A stretch of DNA of 64,000 nt from positions 186,001-250,000 of the forward strand of contig JBPGPT010000004.1 of assembly GCA_051047955.1 (NCBI GenBank). The letters are read 5' to 3'. A program made the position numbers and the translations under genes. Source of the stretch: Cystobasidiomycetes sp. EMM_F5 (taxonomy: Eukaryota). Below, in pieces: positions 25,705-37,656 of this stretch (its first letter is position 1; every line of letters starts with the position of its first letter). Below the pieces are notes generated by a model. That model was given only the letters and a program-made list of their open reading frames with translations. It was not told where the DNA came from and ran no database searches.

Positions 25705-25795
25705 CGCAGGCGTTTGGCTGGAACAGATTCAAACCGTGTCGCTGCGACTTGCGATGTCAGAACTGAACAGCTCCTTCTTTTGCGTCTCACCTAGC

Positions 25796-26552
25796 ATGTC
25801 TCAAACCAACAAAGTCAAGACGAAGCTGTCCGTCCTTTCCTTGGAAGGGCCTCACGGACTCCAACTGCGCATCAAGTCGCGACATCGATTGCTCGAAGCG
25901 ATATCTGGAAAGACGAATTCGCCCGTTCTGGTTGCGGACGGTCACATTGAATTGCACCTCGAAGTATCTGTTGACCGCGAGAAATGCTCCGCAAAAGCTA
26001 TGCGAAAGTCTGGCTTGTTGCGCTCTCTGCTGGCTTTCTTTAGGGATGTACGCCAGGACTGCTCGCACTGTCCATGAACAGCACTTGACAACTCTTTGCG
26101 TCTTTCAGAATGGGTCTAAACTACGGATAGAATCCGTCGGCGATGTCCTCGTGGAGAGCGAACACCGCATTCTAAGTAGCTATGCATGCCTACATTTTCT
26201 GACATCCCGCTCACGGTGTAACGTTCCACCCCCAGTCCCGCTGATACTCGAGACGTTCCCGAGTCCACTTAAACGATATTTGCGCTATCCTACGCGGCTA
26301 CAGAGCATTTGCTTACGGCTAAATTTCGACTCGGGCGCTGACGCTAGCCAGACGAGCGATCAAGTGCCTGAAAAGTCACTGCCAGCACTGTTGATGCTCA
26401 AGAAGTTATCACCGACCCTCAGCAGTTTCGTCTTTCGTGGACTACAGAAGTTTGCCGCTGCGCTGGCGCAAAAATATCCGCTCATTTTTCACGCCGCTTT
26501 TCTGGAGGTAAGCTTTCAGATGGACCGGTCAACGGAGCCGTCTGCCAGCTGA
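25796..26552 (+). CDS. Hypothetical protein (~230 aa, 2 exons)
   Basis: ATG 25796; GTACGC...TTTCAG intron 26048-26108 joins ORFs 25736-26077 and 25932-26552 in frame. Confidence 0.55.
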
Positions 26553-26592
26553 TCTGAATAATTCTTAGCAATTACGTGATGAATCGGTCTGG

Positions 26593-27608
26593 ATGCCACG
26601 AATGGCTAAATCGCTTTCTAATGTCGTGCGCAATGTCGCGTCCGACAAGCTCAAAACGTACAGTCGACACGCCACGAACGTAAGGCGTCGCCGTAAAGCG
26701 TCGCCAAAGCAAGGTTGGACTGGAAGCTGACACCATGTTACTAGGCACTGCGCTCGAAATATGAGTTTGATTCAGATGAGCTTGCTTCGCACAACTCCGC
26801 CGAGGCAGACAACGATGACATTGAAGACGCTCACGACTACCGCCGACTGCGCAACGACACAAAAACCAACCCAACTACCACAGCTTTCGAATCTGCGTTT
26901 TTCGACCTACTGCTCAATGCCTCTAAACGCCGCGGACTGTTTGCAGACGAAGAGCCCATCATATCCGCGCCAGCTGACACGAGTACTACTCCCAACTTGC
27001 ACGGCACGCCTGTCAACGAACAAGCCTCGTTCAATCGACATCGTGCTAGATCTCGCACCTCATCGATAGCATCAGTTTCTCCTCGCTATACCGAGTCCAA
27101 AGACGTGTCAACTATAGAGTCATCGATTACGCCTCGCATACCTCTCAATGACGTGATAGTCGAGGAGAATACATATACCAAGCTAGACGATTGGATTTGG
27201 AGCGGATCAGCCTCCAATTCGGACGGTGACAATGACGCTCATCTGAACTTCATGCTTCTATCAGATGCTTCTCGAGAGGAGGAGGAGGCGGACGAGTCAA
27301 GAAAGTGCGAGACATACGCATTGAACGAAAGCGCTTTGGATGATGATCTATTTGATTACGACATTGACGAGGTTTATTGTTTGGACGGCGACGGTCCAAC
27401 GCCTGTGCTCGGGGAGACGTATCGAGCCACCCATTCCGAAACCATCCATCAAGATGTCGAGGAGCGAATGCGACATTTGAACGCGGCGTATACGCTTGCT
27501 TCCGAACCTTCCCGGGGGACGTATGACTTTGACGAGGTCGAGCGGGTGGAAGCACGAATGCAGCGGATGCTAGAAGGCGACACGGGCAGCGACAGTGACG
27601 CGGGGTGA
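26593..27608 (+). CDS. Hypothetical acidic, largely disordered protein (2 exons)
   Basis: ATG 26593/26602; GTAAGG...CTAG intron 26680-26744; exon 2 stays open through ORF 26997-27608; AATAAA overlaps the stop. Confidence 0.6.
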
Positions 27609-27690
27609 ATAAAAAGTCAACGTTATCAAGAATCATTGCAGTTGTATTGTGATTATTATCAGGCTTCTCTCCAGAACAAACTGCGCGTGC

Positions 27691-30557
27691 ATGGTGAAGT
27701 CTGCAGCCAAAGCGGCGAGCATACTGCCAGCCGTCCGGAGTGCCGCGAGCAGCACCGTACCCTCAGCATCCTCCGCGACGCTGACGCCCGCCCGGCCAGC
27801 GTGTGCCGTCCGTCTGGCCAGGCAGCTCCACGCAGCCCGCCAGGCAGACATGGCCAGGGATACGCCAGTCAATGCGTGGAAGCCTGGCGACCCCATCGTC
27901 TTTGGCGCCAGCAGCCAGCAGCGAGCTCAGAACCAGCGACGGGCCTCTCCGAGCTCGGGTCAACAATCCGGAATCCTGCAAGTCGCTGGCACTTCGAATA
28001 ACCCCGGCGCAGCTATGAAGCAGCAGCCTATACCCGCAGAGTGGAGCGCCAGCTCGTGGAAGCCCGGAATGGCTATTGATTTCGAAAAACAGCTGGCTCA
28101 AAACAAAGCGATTCCCGCCAAACGAGCAGTGATGCAGCCGATAAAGCCAGCGCAGCCCGTCTCACAGTACGTGGTATCGCAATCCTACCAAGGGAAAGAC
28201 ACGCTCACACATCGTACAGACCGAATCTCCGACAATATCTCGCTCCAGTCAATGCCGTCCAGCGGGGAAACAACGCAAGCAAGGAAGCGTAAGTCTCATC
28301 ATCCTGTAAAGTTTGGCATCTTGCTTATAGTCCTTCAACAAAATCGCCAGCTCCGTTGTCACCAAGAACGACGTTATTTACATTGAAGATAGCTTCGAGA
28401 TTTCTGCAGCAAACGCTACACAAGGTGAATCGTCGGCTGCAGCAAACTCGTCTATCGAGTTCTTGAGCCATCATGACCATACCGCTGCCGCGTTGAAGCA
28501 TTCCGCTTTACTCCATGCCAACCTGTTGGAATCAAAACGCAAGCAACTCGAGGCCGAACAATTATACAAATCCCTTCAACGCTCCGCGCGGTTTGATGCA
28601 GCAAACGACACTAACCAGCAGACGGAACCAGTATGGATACCCCGACGCTGTCACTTTGGTGCAACGGGTACGACAACGAGCCGTGCTTACATGTCAACTA
28701 GCACACGGTCGCAACAAGCCGAGTCTGCTATACTCGCCGAATTTGACTGGAATGACCCCCTTGTTGCCGTTGCTTCTCGGCCTGTAAATGTACAAATTGA
28801 GCCAACGCAGGAGGAGTTCGACGATGACGATTTACCCGAGCTCCCGCCAGTCCAGACGATTGAACAAGCTATCACAGGTCTACCCCTAAAGTCGAGTCGT
28901 TCAGTAAAGAGTAGATCAACAAGCGCCGCAGCCAAGCAGGCTACCTTGCTTGAAAAGCAAGCTGCTCGCGAAGCCAAGGCCGCAAAGAAAGCGGAGAGTG
29001 AAGCCAAAAAAGCCGAAAAACAGTCAGAGATGGAGTATATGCAAAGTAAATATCCGGAATTCTCTTACGATCAGGGTAACTGGGTCACTCCGAAGGTATG
29101 GTACTATCGGGGAGAACAGGCGACTTTCATACTCTGCGATAGTAAGCCTGGCGTGGCGGAAACGGAGCAAAAATCATTGGAAGAAGTCGTCGCGGGTCTG
29201 CAAGGGTGAGTGCACATGCCGTTATGTGTAGAAATCGTGCTGACTTCGTTCACAACCTAGCCCTCTCGGCTTTGACTTGGAGTGGAATATGTGGACTGCG
29301 CGATCGCCGTTTGGGCGACAATGGAAGGGTGCACAAGGCCAGACGGGCTTGATTCAGGTCGGGGACATGAACAATATTGTGCTATATCAGCTCGGAAGCA
29401 GCAGAGGTGAGATCCAGCAATTAGCGACGTGCGTTTCTCATCTCACACTTCGTCGGCCGACAGTAATACCGAAATGCCTTCTGGACATAATTGAGAACCC
29501 AGACGTTCTGAAGATGGGGGTGCAGATAACAGGTAGACTTTTCTGTTTGCTGACAAGCTCGCGGCTGGGCTGATTTGCGTTGCGCGTTGCATCAAGGCGA
29601 TGGTCGGAAACTCACCCGCGATTTTGGGGCGACACCGGCCGGCTTTCTGGAGCTATCGGACATCGCCAAAGCGATAGAACCTGTCAAGATGGGCAATATC
29701 TCGCACAACATCGCTCTTCAGAAGCTGGTCGCGCACTTTTTGGAGCGCTATCTTGTATGTGTACTGTACTGGTCCGAGGACAAAGACTGACAGTCAGCAC
29801 CAGGACAAAGGAGATGCTCGTACATCAAATTGGAATCTCCCGGTCCTGAGCACATCTCAACGGAAATGTAGCTTTCATCAGATCCTACTTGCAAAGGCGT
29901 CGTGAGCTGATGTGAACTGCGCAGACGCTGCCAACGATGTCTTCAGCGCCGTCATGCTGTACAGGCGGATGATAGGCCATGCCGAGATTGACGGCATCGA
30001 GCTCGACATTTCTCGGGCGGTGTCTGATGCGCACAAGGTGGTGCAATCGACTGGAGCGATGGAGTGGAAATGGCGCAAGCGGTCGAATGCAGCCGTCAGA
30101 CGCATGTCTAACGCAAGCCTGCCGGTTGCTGCTGAGAGTACGGAAGCGCCACAGAAGAAGGCAACACGACCTCGAGCCGTTCTGAAGCCTCGAGTCAGCG
30201 CCGCCGTCACTCCGCGACAAAGCGAAGCCTGGTTAGTCAAGCCTACATACCGATGTATCTGATCTTCGCTGACTGTTGCGATGCAGGACCCTATGGCATG
30301 AAGAGCAGAAGGATAGGGCTGAGATTGCACAAATCATGGGCATCAAGGAGACAAGCGTGTGCTCTTACATCTTTGCTGCCTTTACGGCCGATGACTCGCT
30401 CGGATATGATGCAGATCGATTGCGAGCATTGATGGCCAATATGTATATTCGCAGAGATGCAACCGCAACGCTGAGCAAGCTTTTAGGCGAGGAGGTGCTT
30501 CCCGGAATCGACGGTGTCATACCCGAGAAAACTGGAGATTCAAGCGCTTCCGAGTAA
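27691..30557 (+). CDS. WRN/EXD2-type DnaQ 3'-5' exonuclease with C-terminal helix-turn-helix and presequence-like N-terminus
   Basis: ExoI GFDLEW, LIQV, LKMGVQITGDGRKL, LQKLVAHFL, ExoIII SNW...YAANDV; C-terminal AEIAQIMGIKETSVCSYI. Confidence 0.85.
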
Positions 30558-30757
30558 CCCTGGGTCCCTCCGACCGGGTAAACGACACTCAATCAGTCAC
30601 GTTGCGCGTTTCGTCACATCTTCTCACACTTGCGCTCGCACCGCTAGTCTTAGATTTCGTTTAGAAAGTCGTTGTATTACATCTGCCATTTTGTTGACAA
30701 ATATCACTGGGCTTTCCGCCTAATCCCATTTCGTCTTACGAGTCTACTTTCTGTGCA

Positions 30758-32661
30758 CTATCCGTCATAGATCTCCTTCATCATTCCCAACACCACTGCG
30801 GCTTGTCCAGCGAAGTACAGATCGTCAACCATGCTCAACTTGATTAAGCCGTTACTCTGGATCTGACGGGACAATCGTACTGTGGCCTTTTCAGTGGCTA
30901 GCTTGTTGAGAGTCGGCCTGAAATTATTTGCAATGGTTGACAAGATCCAATCATCTACGCGATCAAGGGGAGGAGGAGGGTTGAGACTTCCATCAAACGT
31001 GATTGTAATCTCACCAACTCTCGCATCAGCTTTTGCGAGTACGACCAGTGCATGCGGTTCGGTCGCTTCCTCGAAGATGTTCATGGCCCACTTGATGCTC
31101 GTATCATCGACTTTGACGCGTAGACGTGCACTCCCGCTAACGACATCATGGCCGCATTTATCACGAATAGCGGCTTTTGCACTCGCTTGTGCGACGACAT
31201 CCGCAACTGCCCGGATGCCATCTACCACAATTTCAGCAGTCTCCAACTTTACTTGGTACCAAAGTCTAGCAGAGACGTAGATTGTTCCGCCTGTGGAGAA
31301 GGTCTCATCATGACCCATCTGTACGTACGGCCGGGAGACCTCGCGGAAAGCGTTCTGACTGAGCCCAAATGCAAAGAGTTGGGCAGACGCTTTGATGGGA
31401 GCAAAGTCAGCTGATGGAGTTGGATCGCTAGCTGCTCTGGTTGAGGTGCCAGCCAGGGTTTGAATTGCGAGACGAAGGTCTTGTTTTCCATTCCAGCGAT
31501 GAGACCGGGATCCACGACAGGCTGAGTAGCATTACGAAGCGAGCTGGAACTCTGCTCCTCTTCTGCGTCACTCGAGGCACCTTGTATTTTCCTAACGGTC
31601 AACGGTAGAAGGGTTGGAGCGGGCCATTCGCCTTCGCAGTAGCATGGCAGAGGGAGATCAAGGCTGCGCACCGAAAATACAATGAAGAGGTACGATACTG
31701 TTATTTCGTGCGTTGTGACTTTACGATAGTCGAATCGCTTAAAATCCAGTTCCATATTCTGGACATGGCTCCAATTGTCTGGCATGCTTCGTGACGCAAG
31801 GTAGGCTGGAAGCGCAAATCCGAGGGGCCCTGTCGCAAGTGAAATCTGGGAGAGTTGATACTTGACTTCTGCTTGGAAGTCCGCCATACTGTCGAACGCC
31901 TGCAGAATGCCAGATTCTTCGTAAATCTCAAACGAAATGGATGGCTCGAGGATTTCTGCTCGAGTGAATTGGAGCTGTAGAGTGTCATTTGTAGTTGTGA
32001 CCATGGCTGGGTGGCAGTAGACTCTGATGACTGCTCTGACAACAGCAGATGTGTCAAAATTGCCTGGATTTTTTGGACGGAAGTATAAACGCAGAGCGCC
32101 AGTGACAATAAATGCATTACTGTCCACATCGATGCGCAGAAACGGCCAGGTAGAAGATTCGCTATTTTCGAGACCTAGTTCCATCGTCAGAGTTGCATCC
32201 TTGCCAATCTGGATTGTAGGAGCAGTAAACTTGGAAGACAGAAGCGTAGTGATGGTCGCCTCTGAAATGCCGAAAGCGATTGCGTTGACGGAGAGATCTG
32301 ATTCTGCTGCGGCGATGACATCTCTGGCCGTAGCTGCAACATTTGTGTCCAGCTCGAGCAGGTCTACAGATACCGCAATCGGCACAGCAGGCTGGTCGCC
32401 GCCTATTGAGACAGAGACTTCGCAGGTGTAGTTGATGCCGGGCAGTAGTCTCGGCAAAGAATCCATGCTTGCGATGCTCGGAGTACCAATTGGAGCATCT
32501 CCACCGCTCTGCGAGACCCAAGTCCCGTCTTGCAGCATAACGCGTACTGTAGCGTAAACGTAGACATTTGGTCCAGTAACTGCAGTCGTAACGCGGGAGA
32601 GTGACAAATTCAATTGCCGCGAGACCTGGACGGGACTGGTAAGAAAGTCTTGCTTTTCCAT
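30758..32661 (-). CDS. Orphan ~614-aa protein: N-terminal beta-sandwich plus two predicted BPI/TULIP-like domains
   Basis: ORFs 31249-32661 and 30758-31318 join in frame through a putative 59-nt intron 31522-31580 (GTGCCT...CTCAG) or a -1 frameshift; internal repeat AIAFGISE / LFAFGLSQ. The fold call is inference. Confidence 0.6.
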
Positions 32662-33107
32662 TCTGTGACTCCCTCGACGCGGAAGGTGGTAATGAAGCGT
32701 GCGGGCATGTCAGCCGATGCGAGGGCGAGGGCGAAGGAGTTATGAGAGCAAATCAAGGAACGGGAAAGGTGCAAAGGTCAGTCATTGTCAGCGCTGCAGG
32801 GAGTTTGGTCAGTTGCGGGTCCTGTCTTGGCTCGGGTGTGTGCAGCCCCGAAGCCGCTTGAACGACACGGTGGGTCTGGGATCCTTAAGTTCGAAAGCTT
32901 TCGCAGAGCAATGCGCGCAACATGCTGCAAAGGGCGCAGGCTGTGGGCATGATTGTCGCAAAAAGAAGCTGTCGAAATGGCATATTTTACGGGGAATTTG
33001 CACAAGCAGGAACCCCAGAGTCTTTCATTTTATGATGAGCATCAGCAACCTCGCTACAGAGTACTGACTAGAAGCACAGTCACAGATACTGCCAGTCCAC
33101 AATGCGG

Positions 33108-34444
33108 CTACATAAACATATTGCCAAACCCTCCGGATCCACCCATACCTCCGCCCGGTCCGAAACCACCCTACAATTGTGCATCAGCCTGAATCTGCGA
33201 TGCATGCGATACTTCACATACTCCAAATCCACCTCCTCTTGGATTGAGTGGGTGTGGATTAAATGCGCCCGTCCTCCCAGCACCGCCCTCGTTGTCGAAC
33301 CCCTACAGTGCAGAGTCAGCAAGTCTGGTTGCACCGATTGGCAATTCGCCCGTAAGAGACGTACAGGCGGGGGCATCTCGTCTCCCCAATTCCTTCTCGG
33401 CTGTCCACCTGCATTACCTGGAGCGAATGGACCAACCGGATCAAACCTAGCACCAGGTGGGGCTCCAAGCGGGGGCAAGAAGCCGTCACCTCCCCATGGG
33501 CCCCTGTTGCCCTGACCGCCTGTTCCAGGGATCCGTAGCGGATCGTACTGCTCTCTTTCTCGCTGGAAGAGCGGATGATTTGGTCCGACCAGCATCCCGT
33601 CCCCACCTGCACCTGGCAGACGACCCATTGCCCCGCCTAGAGGATCGAGATCCGATCTCCCAATCTCCAGCGGATTAGATGGTCCTCCTATACCAGGGAG
33701 AGTCGGACGACTGCCAATACCGCGGTCGGGTTCGCCCTCCGGATGATCTGGTCGAGGTCTGGGTGCTGATGGTCCCGCATTGGGAGGTGGAGCAGTCCCA
33801 CCTCCTTGCCTACTATCCCTCTCCTCCTCATATCCTGGCTTGTGTAGACCTATGATAAGTTTTTGAATGATTTGGATCTTGTAGGATGTTATGAGATCGT
33901 GCAGTCGAGACGGACTGTTGAAGAGAGCACCGAAGGAGAAGGAGGATGTGTTGACCTGGTGAGGAAAGGCGGAACGACTGACGTAGTCGGAAGTGAGGAC
34001 ATCCAAAGTAGCAGTCTTGTCGTCCTGAAAGATTTCGAATCATCGTGGATTGCGTCAGCGTGTATATCAGGGAAATGAGATCACAACGCCCACCTCTACG
34101 CCGAGAGCATTGAAGACGACTCTATTTCCGAGTCTGTTGATGCGCACTTCAAAGACCATACTGCTCTGGGTGTGCGTATAGGTAAACGAGAAGCTCTCGT
34201 CGTGCGACTTTGACGCTATCCATTCGTGAGCGAGCCTGTTGCGCTGCTGGGGGTCATCGGACGCGGGCTCAGTCACCGACGCAGGCTTGGTCAAGCGAAA
34301 CCCGAGTGCCGTATGGATCGTATGAGCCAGCAGCGCCAGAGCCGTCACTGGACTGTCAATCTGGACGGCGTGTCCGTCATGCGATGTTAGGTCGACGAGC
34401 AGCTGCGACAGCGCGTCCGGCGCCAATGGATTAGAATCAGACAT
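33108..34444 (-). CDS. PI31 proteasome regulator (PSMF1/Fub1 family)
   Basis: N-terminal FP domain (LLAHTIHTALGFRL, SFTYTHTQSS), IGRSDLDPLG, GMLVGPNHPLF, PPGARFDPVGP, C-terminus GNMFM*. Confidence 0.9.
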
Positions 34445-34581
34445 GGTCCAGTGCAGTAATTGACGGCCAGCTTGGATTGCTGGGTTGTTGGGAAGAAGTC
34501 TGCCAATCTGGCCATTATCCAAGACTGGGTCGCAATCAATCGACGACATTTCCGCACTCACCGTCAAATTGGACAAAAGTT

Positions 34582-35548
34582 ATGCTCAGCTTGGCCAGAC
34601 ATGTAGCGCCGACATCGTCAAGGTCGCATTTGATATCCACATCCAGCGCAGTGCCGCTGCTCGAGCGATTGGCGTGCCGGCATCACCGCTGGCTTCGGAC
34701 TTCCTCTAGAATACGAGCAAATCACTACGAGACGCTCAACTTGCCGCGAACAGCTACGCGACAGCAGATAAAAGCGCAGTTCTATAGAGTAGGCCAGAAT
34801 GCGCTTTGGAAGTGTCAAAATCCAAGGCTGATCTTCCGTTTCAACAGCTTTCTAAAGAGGTTTGTGTGATTGCCTTGCTCCAAACTCCACACGCCATCCC
34901 GTCATGCTATAGACACTCATCTGATGTGCGGCATACCCTCAGTACCACCCCGATGCGAAATCCGGGCAAGAAGCCAAGTTTCAGGCGATAAGTGAAGCCT
35001 ATGCGACGCTGGGACATCCAAATGAGAGACGGGCATACGATGCTGCAATAAGTGCGGCAGGCTCTGGATGGTCTGGACATCATCGGTCAGGCAGCACGAC
35101 CTACGGAACACCGCGGAGCCACACGCAAGGGCAGTATGAAGCGGAAGCCGCGGAACGGCGGGCTCGTGCCAATCAAGCCTGGGAGTATGCTCGACGTACC
35201 AATCCACGGGCCAACAGAAGTAATCCGTTCGCATCGGCCTTCTCAGGCAACGCTTCGGAATCCGCATCAAGTAATCCTTTTCACCATCACGAACATTTCG
35301 ATAGAATGCAAGCTAGAGAAGCATGGAGAGCAGCAAACATGTCGTCAGAGGGAGTGAGGAGGCGTATGGCAGAGCAGGCGTACAAAGTGGCGCAGGAGGA
35401 GAGCCTGAGAAATACCAGCAGTACGATAAGGGCAATACAGGTCATTGCCATGTTTGTCTTCTTCATATGGATCGCCGGAGGGTCGCGGGCAACAGCTCAG
35501 GAGAAGGATGTGGATGATGCGGAGACTGAACGAGAGCAAAGTCTGTGA
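34582..35548 (+). CDS. Mitochondrial J-domain (DnaJ) protein with C-terminal TM
   Basis: Presequence; NHYETLNL...IKAQFYR|LSKE|YHPDAK...FQAISEAYATLG...RRAYD; 12-nt microexon ~34848-34859; TM AIQVIAMFVFFIWIAGG. Confidence 0.88.
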
Positions 35549-35775
35549 GACGGATCAGATTCAAATTTGGGCCAGCATCATCATCTCGGCGTTTCAACTC
35601 TTTTCGCGGCATCGCAATTCGCTGTAGCATCCAAGTTGAGCAGTAAAGTCTGCACGCAATAGTAACGTAGACCAATGCATTCGAAATCACGCAAAAGATT
35701 CTCAAGCTTTTGATTCGGATCTTTCGAATTTTAGCCGAGCTTATCAGGCTGATAGTGAACCAACCCAGTACAAAC

Positions 35776-37433
35776 ATGGCTGAATCCAATTTATCTGCTG
35801 CTGTTGGAGCACCTTCAGACCGCGTAGCCTACCTGCAGTCGCTACGAAGCGTCCGGGAACGGTGCAGCCAGGTCTACGCGCTGGCCGAGCAAAACAAGCT
35901 CGACTATTGGGACGTCGACCTGTCAAAGCAGGCCGAGATTGTGGACTTCTGCTGCCAACTTATAGCTGTGCGTGCGGAACAATTGCTGAGCTTGAATGCC
36001 AGACTGATGCTCTGGGTCTCCGTTTCGCAGCGAGATTACGGTGACAACTATGCCTCGATACCGCCGCATGGACGCCTGCGTCATATCGGAGGAATGGACA
36101 GACTACAGCCTTACTTGGACGCCTGGAGAGACAACGTATCGCCCATAGAGATTACAAGAAGGCTTATCGACTTTTGTGTCGTATCGGTCTTGCTGGATGC
36201 TGGCGCTGGACCTAAATGGACATACAAGGTCAAAGGCAGCGATTTCGCAGTGAGAACACCACTCTACTCATATCTGTCTGCCATGCTGACGTCTCACCTC
36301 ACAGATTGGCCGCTCAGAAGGTCTAGCACTCGCATCACTAGACATGGTCTCGTCCGGGATGTTTAGCGGAGTAGCTGATCAGCCTTTCCGTGTAGACGGT
36401 CTGTCAGAATATCATTTCCGTACGCTCTGACGCTGACTAGTTCACTATGCACTGCAGCCGATGGTCTGACCCGCGTGAAGCCCGAAGATATCGCAGAAGC
36501 CATGCAGGTATCTTCGTCCAACCCAATGGTTGGTATCGAAGGACGCTCATCTCTATTAGTCCAACTTGGCAAAGTTCTGTCGGACCCTAAGAATAAGCAA
36601 TTCTTTGGAAACGCTTCCGACGACACATCTTGTTCCCCGCGACCGGGCAACATGGTAGACTACCTTCGATCGCATCCGACCGCTCAAAGTGTGCCAAGTC
36701 CAACAGGCGTACCTATTGCGGTACCCATAGATGCGCTGTGGAAAGTCATCATTGATGGGCTTGGCGGTGTATGGCCGCCTACGCGCACAAAGCTAGACGG
36801 AGTAGCGCTGGGAGATGTCTGGCAATGCGATTCGCTCAGGAAGACTGTGAATGAGGAGACAGATGCACTCGTGCCCTTTCACAAGCTGTCACAATGGCTC
36901 AAGTGTGTACTAGTCGCCTGGCATACGCGCACAGCTGACTTTCGCTCCTGCGATCAGCTATTCTCTTATTGAAATCATTGAACAAACACTTGGCTGGCGT
37001 TTCACCGGCAAGGAAGTAACGACTGGTCTACCAGAATACCGAAATGGAGGACTTCTCATCGATTTTGGGCTACTCAATTGTCGCCCTCAAATCATCTTGA
37101 AGTCGCTTAACAGCGACAAGACAGCTTCTGCCGACCCTCTGGATCTCCCGCCTCTTCCGGCAAGCCATTCTGCAATCGTCGAGTTCCGTGCCGTTACCGT
37201 TATTTCGCTAGATAGAATAGCAAAAGCCATTTGCGCAAAGCTTGGTGCCGATATGTCGTTGGCACAAGTGCTTGAAGCTGCTACCTGGAAAGGAGTACGT
37301 TGCAAAGCATATCCAATCGCAGTATGCAAGCTGACATTGTTGCCTTTGCACAAAGGGTCGAGAAATAGCAAAGAAGAAGCGAGCAGATGGCGGACCGCCT
37401 ATCAACGTCTTGCTTGACGGAACCGTCTTTTAG
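35776..37433 (+). CDS. URC4: URC4/Urg3-family (DUF1688) uracil catabolism protein
   Basis: YLQSLRSVRERC, IPPHGRLRH, VSVLLDAGAG, GRSEGLA, PFHKLSQWL, TGLPEYRNGGLLID, DGTVF* C-terminus. Confidence 0.88.
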
Positions 37434-37656
37434 CCTATACGATGGTCTTGAAGAAGTTGCATGCTGCCAGCAGTATCCGAAAGAGTGGGCATCTCACTGT
37501 TTCGTAAACCGCTTGATACCCCTACACAACGTAATGCTCGTCGAGAAAGGGTAGTTTGCCGCGCAAAATGATAGACAAAGTACAAATGCGACCACTTTTG
37601 ACTGCATTGTACAGATGTATCCTTTGACTGATTTCTGCGATAATGACTGACGCAAA

